From Pseudonocardiales bacterium (GTDB lineage: Bacteria > Actinomycetota > Actinomycetes > Mycobacteriales > Jatrophihabitantaceae): a stretch of 64,000 bases of DNA. How positions within the stretch are numbered: the stretch's first letter is position 1; every line of letters begins with the position of its first letter. This document shows positions 22,122-32,700 of this stretch, one piece after another. The position numbers and the translations under genes were made by a program. The stretch is from positions 4,016 to 68,015 of the forward strand of contig JAVHVN010000010.1 of the NCBI GenBank assembly GCA_032160545.1. Reading direction: 5' to 3'. The notes under the pieces were generated by a model. The model saw nothing but the letters and a program-made list of their open reading frames with translations, ran no database searches and was not told the origin of the DNA.

Positions 22122-23608
22122 CCGTCAGCTACGAACAGGCGCTGTCCCGGTACGAGCCGGTGATCGGGCTCGAGACCCACGTCGAGCTCGGCACCGCGTC
22201 GAAGATGTTCTGCGGTTGCTCGACCGAGTTCGGGGCCGAGCCGAACACCCAGGTGTGCTCGGTGTGCCTCGCGCTGCCCGGCTCGCTGCCGGTGGCCAAC
22301 GAGAAGGCGATCGAGTCGACCATCCGCATCGGCCTCGCGCTGAACTGCTCGATCGCCGCGTGGTGCCGCTTCGCCCGCAAGAACTACTTCTACCCGGACA
22401 TGCCGAAGAACTTCCAGACCTCGCAGTACGACGAGCCGCTCTGCGTCGAGGGCTACCTCGACATCGAGGTCGACGGGCAGACGCACCGCATCGGCATCGA
22501 GCGGGTGCATCTCGAGGAGGACACCGGCAAGAACACCCACGTGGGGACGTCCGGACGCATCCACGGCGCGGACTACTCGCTCGTCGACTACAACCGTGCG
22601 GGCATCCCGCTCGTCGAGATCGTGACCAAGCCGGTGCCCGGCACCGGGGCCCACGCACCGGAGGTCGCGAAGGCGTACGTCGCCGCGGTGCGCGACATCC
22701 TGCGCACCCTCGGGGTCAGTGACGTTCGCATGGAGCAGGGTTCGTTGCGCTGCGACGTCAACACGTCGCTCAACCCGGTCGGGGCGTCCGAGTGGGGGAC
22801 GCGCACCGAGACGAAGAACGTCAACTCGCTGCGCAGCGTCGAGCGGGCGGTGCGCTCCGAGATCCTGCGGCAGGCCGAACTGCTCGATGCGGGCCAGCGC
22901 ATCAAGCAGGAGACCCGGCACTTCTCGGAGACCACCGGCGACACCCGTCCGGGACGCAGCAAGGAGGAGGCGACCGACTACCGGTACTTCCCCGAGCCCG
23001 ACCTCGTCCCGATCGCACCCGACCCGGCGTGGGTGGCGCGGCTGAAGGGCGAGCTGCCCGAGCTGCCAGCCGCTCGGCGCGCTCGCTTCCGCGAGTCGCT
23101 CGGCGTGAGCGCCGACGACATGGTGCAGATGACGAACGCGGGCGTGGTCGACCTGGTCGCGCAGACCGTCGAGGCCGGCGCGCCGGTGGGTGAGGCCCGC
23201 AACTGGTGGCTCGGCTACCTGGCGCAGAAGGCGAACGAGGCCGAGATCGACGCCGCCGACCTCGGTGTCGACCCGGCGCAGGTGGCGCGGCTCGTCGAGC
23301 TCGTGGCGGCGGGCACGCTGTCGACGGCGCTTGCCCGGCAGGCCGTCGACGGTGTGCTCGAGACCGGTGCCGACGTCGACACCGTCGTCGCCGAACGTGG
23401 GTTGAAGGTCGTTTCCGACACCGGCGCGCTCGAGCAGGCCGCGGACGAGGCGATCGCGGCCAACCCCGGCATCGCCGAGAAGGTCCGCGGCGGCAAGCTG
23501 CCTGCGGTCGGTGCGCTCGTCGGTGCGGTGATGAAGGCGACCCGGGGTCAGGCCGATGCGGCGGCCGTCCGGTCCATCCTGCTCGAACGCCTCGGGGTCT
23601 CCGAGTAA
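22118..23608 (+). CDS. gatB: Asp-tRNA(Asn)/Glu-tRNA(Gln) amidotransferase subunit B
   Basis: ATGA overlap with gat[21 protein letters not shown] and [11 protein letters not shown] are canonical GatB blocks. Confidence 0.95.
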   Translation: MTVSYEQALSRYEPVIGLETHVELGTASKMFCGCSTEFGAEPNTQVCSVCLALPGSLPVANEKAIESTIRIGLALNCSIAAWCRFARKNYFYPDMPKNFQTSQYDEPLCVEGYLDIEVDGQTHRIGIERVHLEEDTGKNTHVGTSGRIHGADYSLVDYNRAGIPLVEIVTKPVPGTGAHAPEVAKAYVAAVRDILRTLGVSDVRMEQGSLRCDVNTSLNPVGASEWGTRTETKNVNSLRSVERAVRSEILRQAELLDAGQRIKQETRHFSETTGDTRPGRSKEEATDYRYFPEPDLVPIAPDPAWVARLKGELPELPAARRARFRESLGVSADDMVQMTNAGVVDLVAQTVEAGAPVGEARNWWLGYLAQKANEAEIDAADLGVDPAQVARLVELVAAGTLSTALARQAVDGVLETGADVDTVVAERGLKVVSDTGALEQAADEAIAANPGIAEKVRGGKLPAVGALVGAVMKATRGQADAAAVRSILLERLGVSE

Positions 23609-23613
23609 GCCGT

Positions 23614-23674
23614 CGCTTCCCCTCTCCGATGACCAGATTCGGGGCGGATTTCCGGTCAATCCGGAGGGGAAGCG
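23614..23674 (+). terminator. two-tier hairpin just after gatB: outer CGCTTCCCCTCTCCG / CCGGAGGGGAAGCG, inner TGACCAGA / TCCGGTCA
   Basis: Read directly; begins 6 nt after the gatB TAA. The pyrimidine-rich 5' arm and purine-rich 3' arm follow the same layout as the elements at 29687-29772 and 42393-42474. Confidence 0.45.
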
Positions 23675-23917
23675 GGATGCTCGCGGCGGTGGCGCCTGAC
23701 CTACCCCGACGGTCGCCGGGAGCACCGGCTGGCCGACCGAGCGCATCGTCGGCGGCGAGCACCCGACGCCTTCGAGCGCGGACGGGCGGGACGGTCCACC
23801 TCGCAGGCGCGGCAGCACCAGAGATCCGCGGCTGGGTGGTGGGTGTGGCTGCTCGGCGTCAGGACGGAGGCTTGCACCACGTCCCCGATGGGGTGACTCA
23901 TCGAAGGGTTTGCGATC

Positions 23918-25561
23918 GTGCTGCGACATGTCTTGAGCGCGTTGGTTCTTGCCGGTGCGCTTTGCTCCGCGACCGCGACCGCGGCGCCCGCGACCGCGGC
24001 GCCCGCGACCGCAGCCAGGGCACCGATCAGCGCCGCTCGCGTCACGTTCTCCGATCGCGTCGGCGCGGGCCCGGACGAATTGCGAGCGGCGTATAACTTG
24101 ACGGCCGCGGCTGAGCAAGATCACAACCAGCGTGTCTTCATCCTTACCAACGGCGTGCCGCGCGAGTTCGAGAGTGACGTCGCCGACTATCGCGACACGT
24201 ACAACCTGGGCGTCTGCGATATAGCGAACGGATGCGTCCAGCAACTGAATTCCTGGGGCCGGATCGCACCATTGCCCGCAGATGTCGACGGAGTGGACGT
24301 GACCGCGCAGGCCGAGATGGTGTCCGCGATCTGCCCACGGTGCGGCATAACCATCATCAGCGGGCCTGCGGATCAGCACTTCCCGGCTGAAACTGAACTC
24401 AGCACGCTTCAGGCGCTGAAGGCCACATATGTCATCACGTCGGCGCAGGCGCCTGCTGCCCAGGGCGACAAGCTCGACGGCCTGCTCAACCGGGGCGTGG
24501 TGTACGCCGTTCCGAGTGGTACCGGCTTCTCGACCGCGCCGAGCTGGCCGGCGGTGTCGCCCTACAGCGTCGCGGTCGGCGTTACCTCGTTGCACGAGGC
24601 TTCAGGAACGACTCGCGGCTGGAGCGACGAGGCTTCGGCGACGTCGGGGTCCGGCTGTGCCGCCGCGGAGAACGACGTGATCGGCTGGCAGCCGCCAATT
24701 TCCGGCTGTATCAATCACCGGTTGCTCTCGGACCTGTCGGCGGTGGGCGATTCCGACACGGGAATCGGCGTTGCGACCTTCGAGGACGGCGCATGGGTGC
24801 AGCGAAGCCGGGCGGTCATGTCGGCTGCCATCGCGGCGGCCGCGGCGGCTCTGGTGCCGCGGCCGGGCGGAACGCAGATCCCCGGGGAGTACATCTGGCA
24901 GAACGAGCGCACGAACGTCCTGGCGTTCAATGATGTGACCGCTGGGCCGTCCAACGGCCCGTGTGGAGCACCCCTGTGCGACCCGGGCCCCGGGTGGGAC
25001 GGCCCGACCGGATTCGGCACGCTCAACGGCACGGTCGGCCTGCGCCCGCCCGACGGCGGCAGCGGCTTCGCCAAGCTGCAATGGCTGCACAGCCTGCGCG
25101 ATGGTTCGGACGACGGTTGCGTGGCCGGCCAGATCGCGGACGAGCCAGACGCCGTTGTCATTGCCGAATATGCCGACTGCGGCAAGGCTGGATATGACCA
25201 GCGGTGGCGCCTGCAACCGGTCACTGTCGGTGCCGGTACAGGTCGATACACGGCTTACCAGATTGTTCTGGTGCGCTCTGACCCGGACTACGACCGGTGC
25301 CTGACCGTGCAACCGCACGACGCTTCTCGTCCGAGCTCGGACAACGTCCTCATCGACAACTGCGCCGATTCCGACCTGTCCAGCCTGTGGCTGCTCGGCG
25401 TGGGCGATCAGGTCAAGAGCGTGCAACGTGAAGCTGACAAGGAACCGGTCAGCGTGCTCACTCTGGCAGGCGACGGCTCAGTGCAGGTGCAGAACTCCCG
25501 GTTCACTCCGAAGAGCATCAAGGCTTACCTGGATCAACAATGGGATTTCGTCGACGTGTAG
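23918..25561 (+). CDS. secreted sedolisin (peptidase S53)-like protein with C-terminal ricin-type beta-trefoil lectin domain; catalytic motifs look degenerate
   Basis: Signal peptide MLRHVLSALVLAGALCSATA. S53-like blocks ELRAAYNL, FNDVTAGPSNG and GPGWDGPTGFGTLNG. The C-terminal trefoil has QRW, SLW and QQW (QxW) motifs. G+C is visibly lower than the flanks. Confidence 0.7.
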   Translation: MLRHVLSALVLAGALCSATATAAPATAAPATAARAPISAARVTFSDRVGAGPDELRAAYNLTAAAEQDHNQRVFILTNGVPREFESDVADYRDTYNLGVCDIANGCVQQLNSWGRIAPLPADVDGVDVTAQAEMVSAICPRCGITIISGPADQHFPAETELSTLQALKATYVITSAQAPAAQGDKLDGLLNRGVVYAVPSGTGFSTAPSWPAVSPYSVAVGVTSLHEASGTTRGWSDEASATSGSGCAAAENDVIGWQPPISGCINHRLLSDLSAVGDSDTGIGVATFEDGAWVQRSRAVMSAAIAAAAAALVPRPGGTQIPGEYIWQNERTNVLAFNDVTAGPSNGPCGAPLCDPGPGWDGPTGFGTLNGTVGLRPPDGGSGFAKLQWLHSLRDGSDDGCVAGQIADEPDAVVIAEYADCGKAGYDQRWRLQPVTVGAGTGRYTAYQIVLVRSDPDYDRCLTVQPHDASRPSSDNVLIDNCADSDLSSLWLLGVGDQVKSVQREADKEPVSVLTLAGDGSVQVQNSRFTPKSIKAYLDQQWDFVDV

Positions 25562-25620
25562 GAGTTAGGCGAATGAGCCGGCAGGGAGGACCGCGTGCCG
25601 GTGCAGGCGACAGGTAGGCG

Positions 25621-26640
25621 CTAGCGGCCGTCCTGCGAGAGGGCCTGAGCGCGCTGCTGCGCGGCGCGCTCGACACGCGCCTTCTCGTCGTCGTCGAGCT
25701 TGCGGGTGTCGCGCAGCTCGACGAACGGCTCGACGTCCTCGGGCACTCCGGCGGTGATCATGCGCTGGTGCTGCAGCTCCGCGTTCACCTCGGCGCCCAG
25801 CAGGATCGCGATGTTGGTGATCCAGAGCCAGACCAGGAAGACGATCACGGTCGCAAGCGAGCCGTAGGTCTTGTTGTACGAGCCGGAGAAGGACACGTAC
25901 ACCGCGAACGCACCCGACGCGACGAGCCAGGCGATCACGGCGATGACGCCGCCGGGCGTGACCCAGATTGGCCCGTCCTGCTTGGCGTTGGGCGAGGCCC
26001 AGTAGAGCAGCGACAGCATCATGCTGACGATGATCAGCAGCACCGGCCACTTGGCGATGTCCCAGGCGGTGACGCCCGCGTTACCGACGCCGATCGCGCG
26101 CCCGACCTGGCGTGCCACCGAGCCGGTCAGGACGACCATGAGCGCGGTGATCACCAGCCCGAGCATCGTGGCGAGGGTGATGCCCAGGCGCACCGGCGCG
26201 GTACGCCAGATCGGGCGCCCCTCGTCGATGTCGTAGATCGCGTTCGTCGCTCGCATGAATGCCGCCACGTAGCCGGACGCCGACCAGATGGCGAGCAGCA
26301 GCCCGACGGCCGCGGCGATGCTGGCAGCGCCCTGGCGCCCCTGTACCTGCTCGATCACCGACTGCAGGAAGGTGCGCACCCCGCCCGGCGCGATCTGGGA
26401 CACGTTGTCGAGGAACTTCTGGCTGGTGTTCTTGCCGAGAAAACCCAGGATCGACACCAGGACGAGCAGCCCGGGGAAGATCGCGAGGATGCCGAAGTAG
26501 GTGAGCGCCGCGGCACGGTCGGTGATGTCGTCGTGACTGAACTGCGTGAACGCGCGCCGCAGCGCAGCCCACCAGCCCGGTGCCGGGATGTCGGTGGGCC
26601 TGTCGGGTTGGGCCGGGTGCCGGACGGCGTGAGCGGTCAT
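25621..26640 (-). CDS. YihY/virulence factor BrkB family membrane protein
   Basis: ATG at complement 26638-26640 follows GGAGG. DRAAALTYFGILAIFPGLLVL and GSLATVIVFLVWLWITNIAILLGAEVNAE are typical YihY blocks. The rest of the 595-aa track ORF is junk. Confidence 0.85.
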   Translation of the reverse strand: MTAHAVRHPAQPDRPTDIPAPGWWAALRRAFTQFSHDDITDRAAALTYFGILAIFPGLLVLVSILGFLGKNTSQKFLDNVSQIAPGGVRTFLQSVIEQVQGRQGAASIAAAVGLLLAIWSASGYVAAFMRATNAIYDIDEGRPIWRTAPVRLGITLATMLGLVITALMVVLTGSVARQVGRAIGVGNAGVTAWDIAKWPVLLIIVSMMLSLLYWASPNAKQDGPIWVTPGGVIAVIAWLVASGAFAVYVSFSGSYNKTYGSLATVIVFLVWLWITNIAILLGAEVNAELQHQRMITAGVPEDVEPFVELRDTRKLDDDEKARVERAAQQRAQALSQDGR

Positions 26641-26703
26641 CGTGTACCTCCGATCGAGCGTGCACTGAATCTGCCCGCATGAGCTCGTCGCTAATCCCTG
26701 TGG

Positions 26704-27630
26704 TTGGGTTCGGGGGTGGCTGATCGGACGTCGCTCGCGCTCGGGCTGCTCGCCGGCGCGGTAGCCGACGCGGCGCTCGGGGACCCGCGGCGGGCCCACC
26801 CGGTGGCCGCCTTCGGCATCGGCGCCGCGGCGCTCGAACAGCGGATCTGGCGCGACTCTCGCCTGGCGGGAGCCGGGTACGCAGCCCTCTGCGTCGGTGC
26901 CGCCGTGGCACTGGGCCACGTCCTGGAGCGGTTCCCGCGAGCGCGCCCAGCCTCCGTCGCCGTCGCCACCTGGGCGGTGGTCGGCGGCACCTCCCTGCGC
27001 CGCGAGGCGGCGGCGGTGCACCGGCTCCTCACCCTCGGTGACCTCGCCCGGGCCCGGGTGCGGGTCACGCACCTCGTGGGCCGGGACCCCTCGGCCATGG
27101 ACGAATCCGAGGTCGCGCGGGCCGTCGTCGAGTCGGTGGCCGAGAACACCTCGGACGCGGTCGTCGCGCCGCTGCTGTGGGGCGCGGCGTTCGGTATCCC
27201 CGGGCTGCTGGGTTACCGCGCCGTGAACACGCTGGACGCCATGGTCGGGCACCGCTCGCCGCGATACGCCCGCTTCGGCTGGGCGTCCGCCCGGGCGGAC
27301 GACCTGGCGAACCTGGTGCCGGCCCGGGTGACCGCCACTCTCGTCGCGGTTCTCAGCGGCCGTCCGCGCGAGGTGTGGCGGGTCGTGCAAGCCGGTGCAC
27401 GCCGGCATCCGAGCCCGAACTCCGGCTGGTGCGAGGCGGCCTTCGCCGGTGCGCTAGAGCTGCGACTGGGTGGCACGAACGTGTACTCCGGCAGGATCCA
27501 GCGGCGGCCCGTCCTCGGCGACGGGAAGCCGCCGGTGGCGGACGACATCCCGCGCGCCTCGGAACTGGCGGCGCGCACGACGGCGGCGGCGGCGCTGCTG
27601 GCCGCGGCGGTCGCGGTGGTGCGGCGGTGA
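26704..27630 (+). CDS. cobD: adenosylcobinamide-phosphate synthase
   Basis: Contains [25 protein letters not shown] and [14 protein letters not shown], which are CobD/CbiB blocks. Start is uncertain (TTG 26704 or GTG 26716). Confidence 0.9.
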   Translation: MGSGVADRTSLALGLLAGAVADAALGDPRRAHPVAAFGIGAAALEQRIWRDSRLAGAGYAALCVGAAVALGHVLERFPRARPASVAVATWAVVGGTSLRREAAAVHRLLTLGDLARARVRVTHLVGRDPSAMDESEVARAVVESVAENTSDAVVAPLLWGAAFGIPGLLGYRAVNTLDAMVGHRSPRYARFGWASARADDLANLVPARVTATLVAVLSGRPREVWRVVQAGARRHPSPNSGWCEAAFAGALELRLGGTNVYSGRIQRRPVLGDGKPPVADDIPRASELAARTTAAAALLAAAVAVVRR

Positions 27631-29117
27631 AGGGATCGCTGCTGGTCGCCGGTACGACGTCGGACGCCGGCAAGTCGGTGCTCACCGCGGGCATCTGCCG
27701 GTGGCTCGCGCGGCAGGGTGTCAAGGTCGCGCCGTTCAAGGCGCAGAACATGTCGCTGAACTCGATGGTCACGGCGGACGGCGCCGAGATCGGCCGCGCA
27801 CAGGCCATGCAGGCCGCAGCCGCGGGCATCGAGCCCGAGGCTGCGATGAACCCCGTGCTGCTCAAGCCGGGCAGCGAGCTGCGTTCGCAGGTCATCCTGC
27901 TCGGCAGACCGATCGCCGACGTCGACGCGCTGAACTACCGCGATCTCAAACCGATGCTGCAGCAGGCGGTTCTGGACGCATATGCCGACCTGCGTTCGCG
28001 GTTCGACGTGGTGGTGTGCGAAGGAGCCGGCAGCCCGGCCGAGATCAACCTGCGTGACCGTGACCTGGCCAACATGGGGCTGGCCCGTGCGCTGGACCTG
28101 CCGACGATCGTCGTCGGCGACATCGACCGTGGGGGAGTGCTCGCGGCGATGTTCGGCACGCTCGCACTGCTCGCTCCCGAGGATCAGGCCCTCGTCGCCG
28201 GCTTCGTGGTCAACAAGTTCCGTGGTGACGTGCGGCTGCTGCAGCCCGGGCTGGACGAGCTGACCGCGCGCACCGGCCGTCCGGTGCTCGGTGTGCTGCC
28301 GTGGCTCGGCGGGCTGTGGCTCGACGTCGAGGACTCGCTCGACCTCGAGTCCCGGCCGCGCGAGTCGCTGCCGCCGGTCGGGCACGAGACGCTGCGAGTG
28401 GCGGTGATCCGGCTGCCGCGGCTGTCGAACGTCACCGACATCGACGCGCTCGCGTCGGAGCCCGGCGTCGTGGTGCGGCTGGTGACGTCGCCGGACGGGA
28501 TCCAGGACGCGGACCTGGTGCTGATCCCGGGCACGCGTTCGACGGTCGCCGACCTCGAGTGGCTGCGCTCGACGGGGCTGGCCGATGCGATCACCCGCCG
28601 AGCGGCCGGTGGCGGCCAGACGATCGGGGTCTGTGGCGGCTTCCAGATGTTGGCACACACCATCGACGACGAGGTCGAGAGCCAGATGGGGACGGTCGCG
28701 GGGCTCGGCCTGCTGCCGGTGCGGTTCACGTTCGCTGCCACGAAGACCCTCGCCCGCCCGCGCGGTGTCGCGCTCGGCGAACCGGTCGAAGGCTACGAGA
28801 TCCACCACGGCGTCGGCACGGTCGAGGGCGGCGAGCCGTTCCTGGACGGGTGCACCGCCGGCCCGGTGTGGGGGACGACCTGGCACGGCGTGTTCGAGAA
28901 CGACGGCTTCCGCCGCGCGTTCCTCACCCAGGTGGCCGCGTCCGCCCGGCGCCGATTCGTCCCGGCACCGGACACCTCGTTCGCCGGCCTGCGCTCGGCC
29001 CGCCTGGACGCCCTCGGCGACCTGGTCGCCGAGCATCTCGACACCGCCGCGCTCCTCCGCTTGATCGAGGGGGGCGCACCCGCGGGGCAGCCGACGGTGG
29101 TGTCGAGGCTGAGCTGA
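27627..29117 (+). CDS. cobQ: cobyric acid synthase
   Basis: GTGA overlap with cobD. Contains [31 protein letters not shown] and a C-terminal GATase (CGGFQML). Confidence 0.95.
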   Translation: MKGSLLVAGTTSDAGKSVLTAGICRWLARQGVKVAPFKAQNMSLNSMVTADGAEIGRAQAMQAAAAGIEPEAAMNPVLLKPGSELRSQVILLGRPIADVDALNYRDLKPMLQQAVLDAYADLRSRFDVVVCEGAGSPAEINLRDRDLANMGLARALDLPTIVVGDIDRGGVLAAMFGTLALLAPEDQALVAGFVVNKFRGDVRLLQPGLDELTARTGRPVLGVLPWLGGLWLDVEDSLDLESRPRESLPPVGHETLRVAVIRLPRLSNVTDIDALASEPGVVVRLVTSPDGIQDADLVLIPGTRSTVADLEWLRSTGLADAITRRAAGGGQTIGVCGGFQMLAHTIDDEVESQMGTVAGLGLLPVRFTFAATKTLARPRGVALGEPVEGYEIHHGVGTVEGGEPFLDGCTAGPVWGTTWHGVFENDGFRRAFLTQVAASARRRFVPAPDTSFAGLRSARLDALGDLVAEHLDTAALLRLIEGGAPAGQPTVVSRLS

Positions 29118-29135
29118 CCGGGCAGGATCGGCCCC

Positions 29136-29654
29136 ATGGATCAGCAACCCCTCGCGGTCTGGGGCCTCAGCACGACCAGCCTGGTGTTGTGGGCCGTCGC
29201 CGCGGCGGTCGTCCTGTCGGTACTCGCCGGGCTGATCGGGCGGGCACTCGTGCGCCGCGGCCTGCGGGAGCCGTTCGTGGTACGGCTGATCAACCGGGCG
29301 TCCGAGAACGTCGTCGACGTGATCAAGCGGCCCATCACGATCGCGGTGCTCGACGAGGTCGCCGAGGTGCTGCGGACCGGCCACTACACCCGCAACATCG
29401 CCGCGGCACTGCTCGAGAACCAGGCGGAGATCAAGCAGATGATCGCCGAGAAGATCAAGTCGGACCCGACGGCGGGGCGCATCGGGCTGCTGCCGTTCCA
29501 CGACCGGATCATCAACGAGGCGAGCGAGACCGCGCTGCGTGTGTTGCTCGAGGTGCTCGCCGACCCGCGCACCGACGAACTCGTGTCGGACCTGCTTCGT
29601 GACAACATCACGCAGATCCGCGCCGCGGTGCGCGCGCGCCAGAACGAGTCGTGA
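29136..29654 (+). CDS. hypothetical membrane-anchored protein (one N-terminal TM helix)
   Basis: The 172-aa ORF has good coding composition and an N-terminal hydrophobic helix (LVLWAVAAAVVLSVLAGLIG). No family recognised. Confidence 0.6.
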   Translation: MDQQPLAVWGLSTTSLVLWAVAAAVVLSVLAGLIGRALVRRGLREPFVVRLINRASENVVDVIKRPITIAVLDEVAEVLRTGHYTRNIAAALLENQAEIKQMIAEKIKSDPTAGRIGLLPFHDRIINEASETALRVLLEVLADPRTDELVSDLLRDNITQIRAAVRARQNES

Positions 29655-29686
29655 ACGCTGCGCTGCCAACCGTTCGTCATCCCCAG

Positions 29687-29772
29687 CCCGCTCTCCCGAC
29701 CTCCATGATCAAGAGATCCCTGGCGTCGAATATCGACGGAATCGGCTCTTGATCACGGAGAAGGGAGGGGCG
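29687..29772. repeat. three-tier nested palindromic element, copy A (core 29706-29755)
   Basis: Core is TGATCAAGAG...CTCTTGATCA (a perfect 10-bp inverted repeat). It encloses CGTCGA-ATA-TCGACG. Flanks are a C/T-rich arm (CTCTCCC..CTCC) and a purine-rich arm (GGAG..GGGAGGG). Lies between the convergent hypothetical gene and cobN. Confidence 0.8.
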
Positions 29773-29777
29773 ACCGG

Positions 29778-32700
29778 TCAGCGGTCCTCGAGATCCCCCT
29801 CGGTCTCGAGGTAGGCCGCGCGCAGCGCCGCGAGCGTTGCCGGATCGGGCTCGGCCCACAGCCTGCGGTCGGCCGCCTCGAGCAGCCGCTCGGCGATGCC
29901 GTGCAGCGCCCACGGGTTCGACTCCTGCAGGAACTTGCGAGTCCCGGGGTCGAGCACGTAGCTCTCGGTGAGCTTCTCGTACATCCAGTCCTCGACGACC
30001 CCGGCGGTGGCGTCGTAGCCGAAGAGGTAGTCGACCGTCGCCGCCAGCTCGAACGCGCCCTTGTAGCCGTGCCGCTTCATCGCCTCGATCCAGCGCGGGT
30101 TGACGACACGCGCCCGGAAGATGCGCGCGGTCTCCTCGCTCAACGAGCGGGTGCGCACCGAGTCGGGCCGCGTCGAGTCGCCGACGTAGGCACGGGGGGA
30201 CGAGCCGGTGAGCGCCCGCACCGTCGCGATCATGCCGCCGTGGTACTGGAAGTAGTCGTCGGAGTCGGCGATGTCGTGTTCGAGGGTGTCGGTGTTCTTC
30301 GCGGCGACCGCGATCCGGCGGTACGCCGTCTCCATGTCGGTGCGCGCGTCGCGGCCGTCGAGCCCGCGGCCGTAGGCGAAGCCGCCCCACGCCGCGTACA
30401 CCTCCGCCAGATCGGCGTCGTCGCGCCAGTTGCGCGCGTCGATCAGGGGCAGCAGGCCGGCGCCGTACGCGCCCGGCTTGGAGCCGAAGATGCGCGTCGT
30501 GGCGCGGCGCTCGTCGCCGTGCGTCGCGAGGTCGGCTTGCGCGTGCCCCCGCACGAAGTTGAGCTCGTGCGGCTCGTCCAGCCCGGCGACGAGCTGCACG
30601 GCGTCGTCGAGCATCGTCACGACGTGCGGGAAGGCGTCGCGGAAGAAGCCGCTGATGCGCACGGTGACGTCGATGCGCGGCCGGCCCAGTTCGTCGAGGG
30701 GCACGGGCTCGACCGACGAGACCCGGCGCGAGGCCTCGTCCCACACCGGACGGACGCCGAGCAGGGCGAGGACCTCGGCGATGTCGTCGCCCGCGGTGCG
30801 CATGGCCGACGTGCCCCACACCGACAGTCCCACCGAGCGGGGGAACTCGCCGGTGTCGGCGCGGTAACGCTCGATCAGCGAGTCGGCCATCGCCTGCCCG
30901 GTCTCCCAGGCCAGCCGGCTCGGCACGGCACGCGGGTCGACGGAGTAGAAGTTGCGGCCGGTCGGCAGCACGTTCACCAGACCGCGCAGCGGCGAGCCGC
31001 TCGGCCCGGCAGGCACGTAGCCGCCGTCGAGCGCGTGCAGCGTGTGGGCGATCTCGTCGGTCGTCGCCGCCAGCCTCGGCACCACCTCCGTCGCCGCGAA
31101 CCGCAACACCGCCTCCACCGCCGCCGTGTCTGCCGGCGCCGCCGTTGCACGGACGAGCGCGGGCACGGTGGCGGCATCCCAGCCCGCGGCCTCCATGCCT
31201 TCGACGAGCCGGCGCGCGACGGCCTCGACGGCGTCCGCGTCGCCGCGCACGCCCGCGCCTTCGACCAGGCCGAGGGCCTCGCGCAGGCCGGGTAGCGCCT
31301 GCGCCTCGCCCGCCCACATCTGGCGCGCCCGCAGGATCGCGAGCACCAGGTTGACCCGCGCCTCGCCGGTCGGCGCCTCGCCGAGGATGTGCAGGCCGTC
31401 GCGGATCTGCGCGTCCTTGATCTCGCAGAGCCAGCCGTCGACATGCAGGATCAGCTCGTCGAACTCAGCGTCGTGCGGCCGGTCGGAGAGGCCGAGATCG
31501 TGGTCGAGCTTCGCGGCCTGCAGGAGCGTCCAGATCTGGGCGCGGACCGCGGGCAGCTTGGCGGGATCCATCGCCGCGATCTGCGCGTGCTCGTCGAGCA
31601 GCTGCTCGAGCCGGGCGATGTCGCCGTAGGACTCGGCCCGGGCCATCGGCGGAACCAGGTGGTCGACGAGCGTGGCGTGCGCCCGGCGCTTGGCCTGGGT
31701 GCCCTCGCCCGGGTCGTTGACGAGGAACGGGTAGACCAGCGGCAGGTCGGCGATGGCGGCGTCGGACGCACATGACGCCGAGAGCGCCGCGGTCTTGCCG
31801 GGCAGCCACTCGAGGTTGCCGTGCTTGCCGACGTGCACCATCGCGTGCGCGCCGAACTCGGCACGCAGCCAGAGATACGCGGCGAGGTAGTGGTGGCTCG
31901 GCGGCAGGTCCGGGTCGTGGTAGATCGCGATCGGGTTGGCACCGAACCCGCGCGGCGGCTGGACGAGCACCACCACGTTGTCGGCCTGCAGGGCGGCGAG
32001 GACGATCTCGCCGTCAGGGTTGCGGCTGCGGTCGACGTAGAGCTCACCGGGCGGCGGCCCCCAGTGCTGCTCGACCGCCGCGCGCAGGTCGTCCGGCAGC
32101 GTGCCGAACCAGTCGCGGTAGGTGGCGGCCGAGATGCGCACCGGATTGCCCTCGACCTGCGCGTCGGTCAGCCAGTTCTCGTCCTGGCCTCCCGCCGCGA
32201 TGAGCGCGTGGATCAGGGCGTCGCCGTCCTGCGCGTCCAGGCCGGGCAGGTCGCCGACACGGTAGCCGGCCGCGCGCATGGCCTGCAGCAGCCGCACCGT
32301 CGACGCGGGTGTGTCGAGACCGACCGCGTTGCCGATGCGCGCGTGCTTCGTGGGGTACGCCGAGAGCATCACGACGACGCGTCGCTCCGACGGCGGCACG
32401 TGGCGCAGCCGCGCGTGGTTGACCGCGATGCCGGCCACGCGCGCGGCCCGCTCGGGATCGGCGACGTAGCTCGTCAGCCCGTCCGCGTCGGTCTCCTTGA
32501 ACGAGAACGGCACGGTGATGAGCCGGCCGTCGAACTCGGGGATCGCGACCTGCGTCGCCGCATCGAGCGGCGTCAGGCCGTCGTCGCTGTCGAGCCAGTC
32601 CGCGTGGGACGACGTGAGGCACAACCCCTGCAGGATCGGCACGTCGAGCGCCGCGAGCGCGCCGACGTCCCACTCCTCGTCCGCCCCGCCGGCGCTGACG

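Noticed and set aside
23975-24013. 15-bp tandem repeat GCGACCGCGGCGCCC x2.6 in the S53-like gene.
   Set aside because: It encodes a low-complexity ATAAP linker after the signal peptide. This is ordinary slippage-type coding repeat and is mentioned only under the S53 finding.
21782-24595. Very long ORFs antisense to or overlapping well-supported genes. Examples: 21782..24595 (-) 937 aa, 12103..15084 (-) 993 aa, 14241..16265 (-) 674 aa, 17507..19609 (-) 700 aa, 57067..59124 (-) 685 aa, 41265..43118 (-) 617 aa, 27213..29669 (-) 818 aa.
   Set aside because: Their translations are Arg/Gly/Pro/Ala-dominated with no recognisable motifs. They lie opposite genes with strong family signatures (gatAB, MFS/iscS, mnmA, ligA, ilvNC, chlID, cobQ). 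Such stop-free antisense frames are expected in high-G+C DNA.
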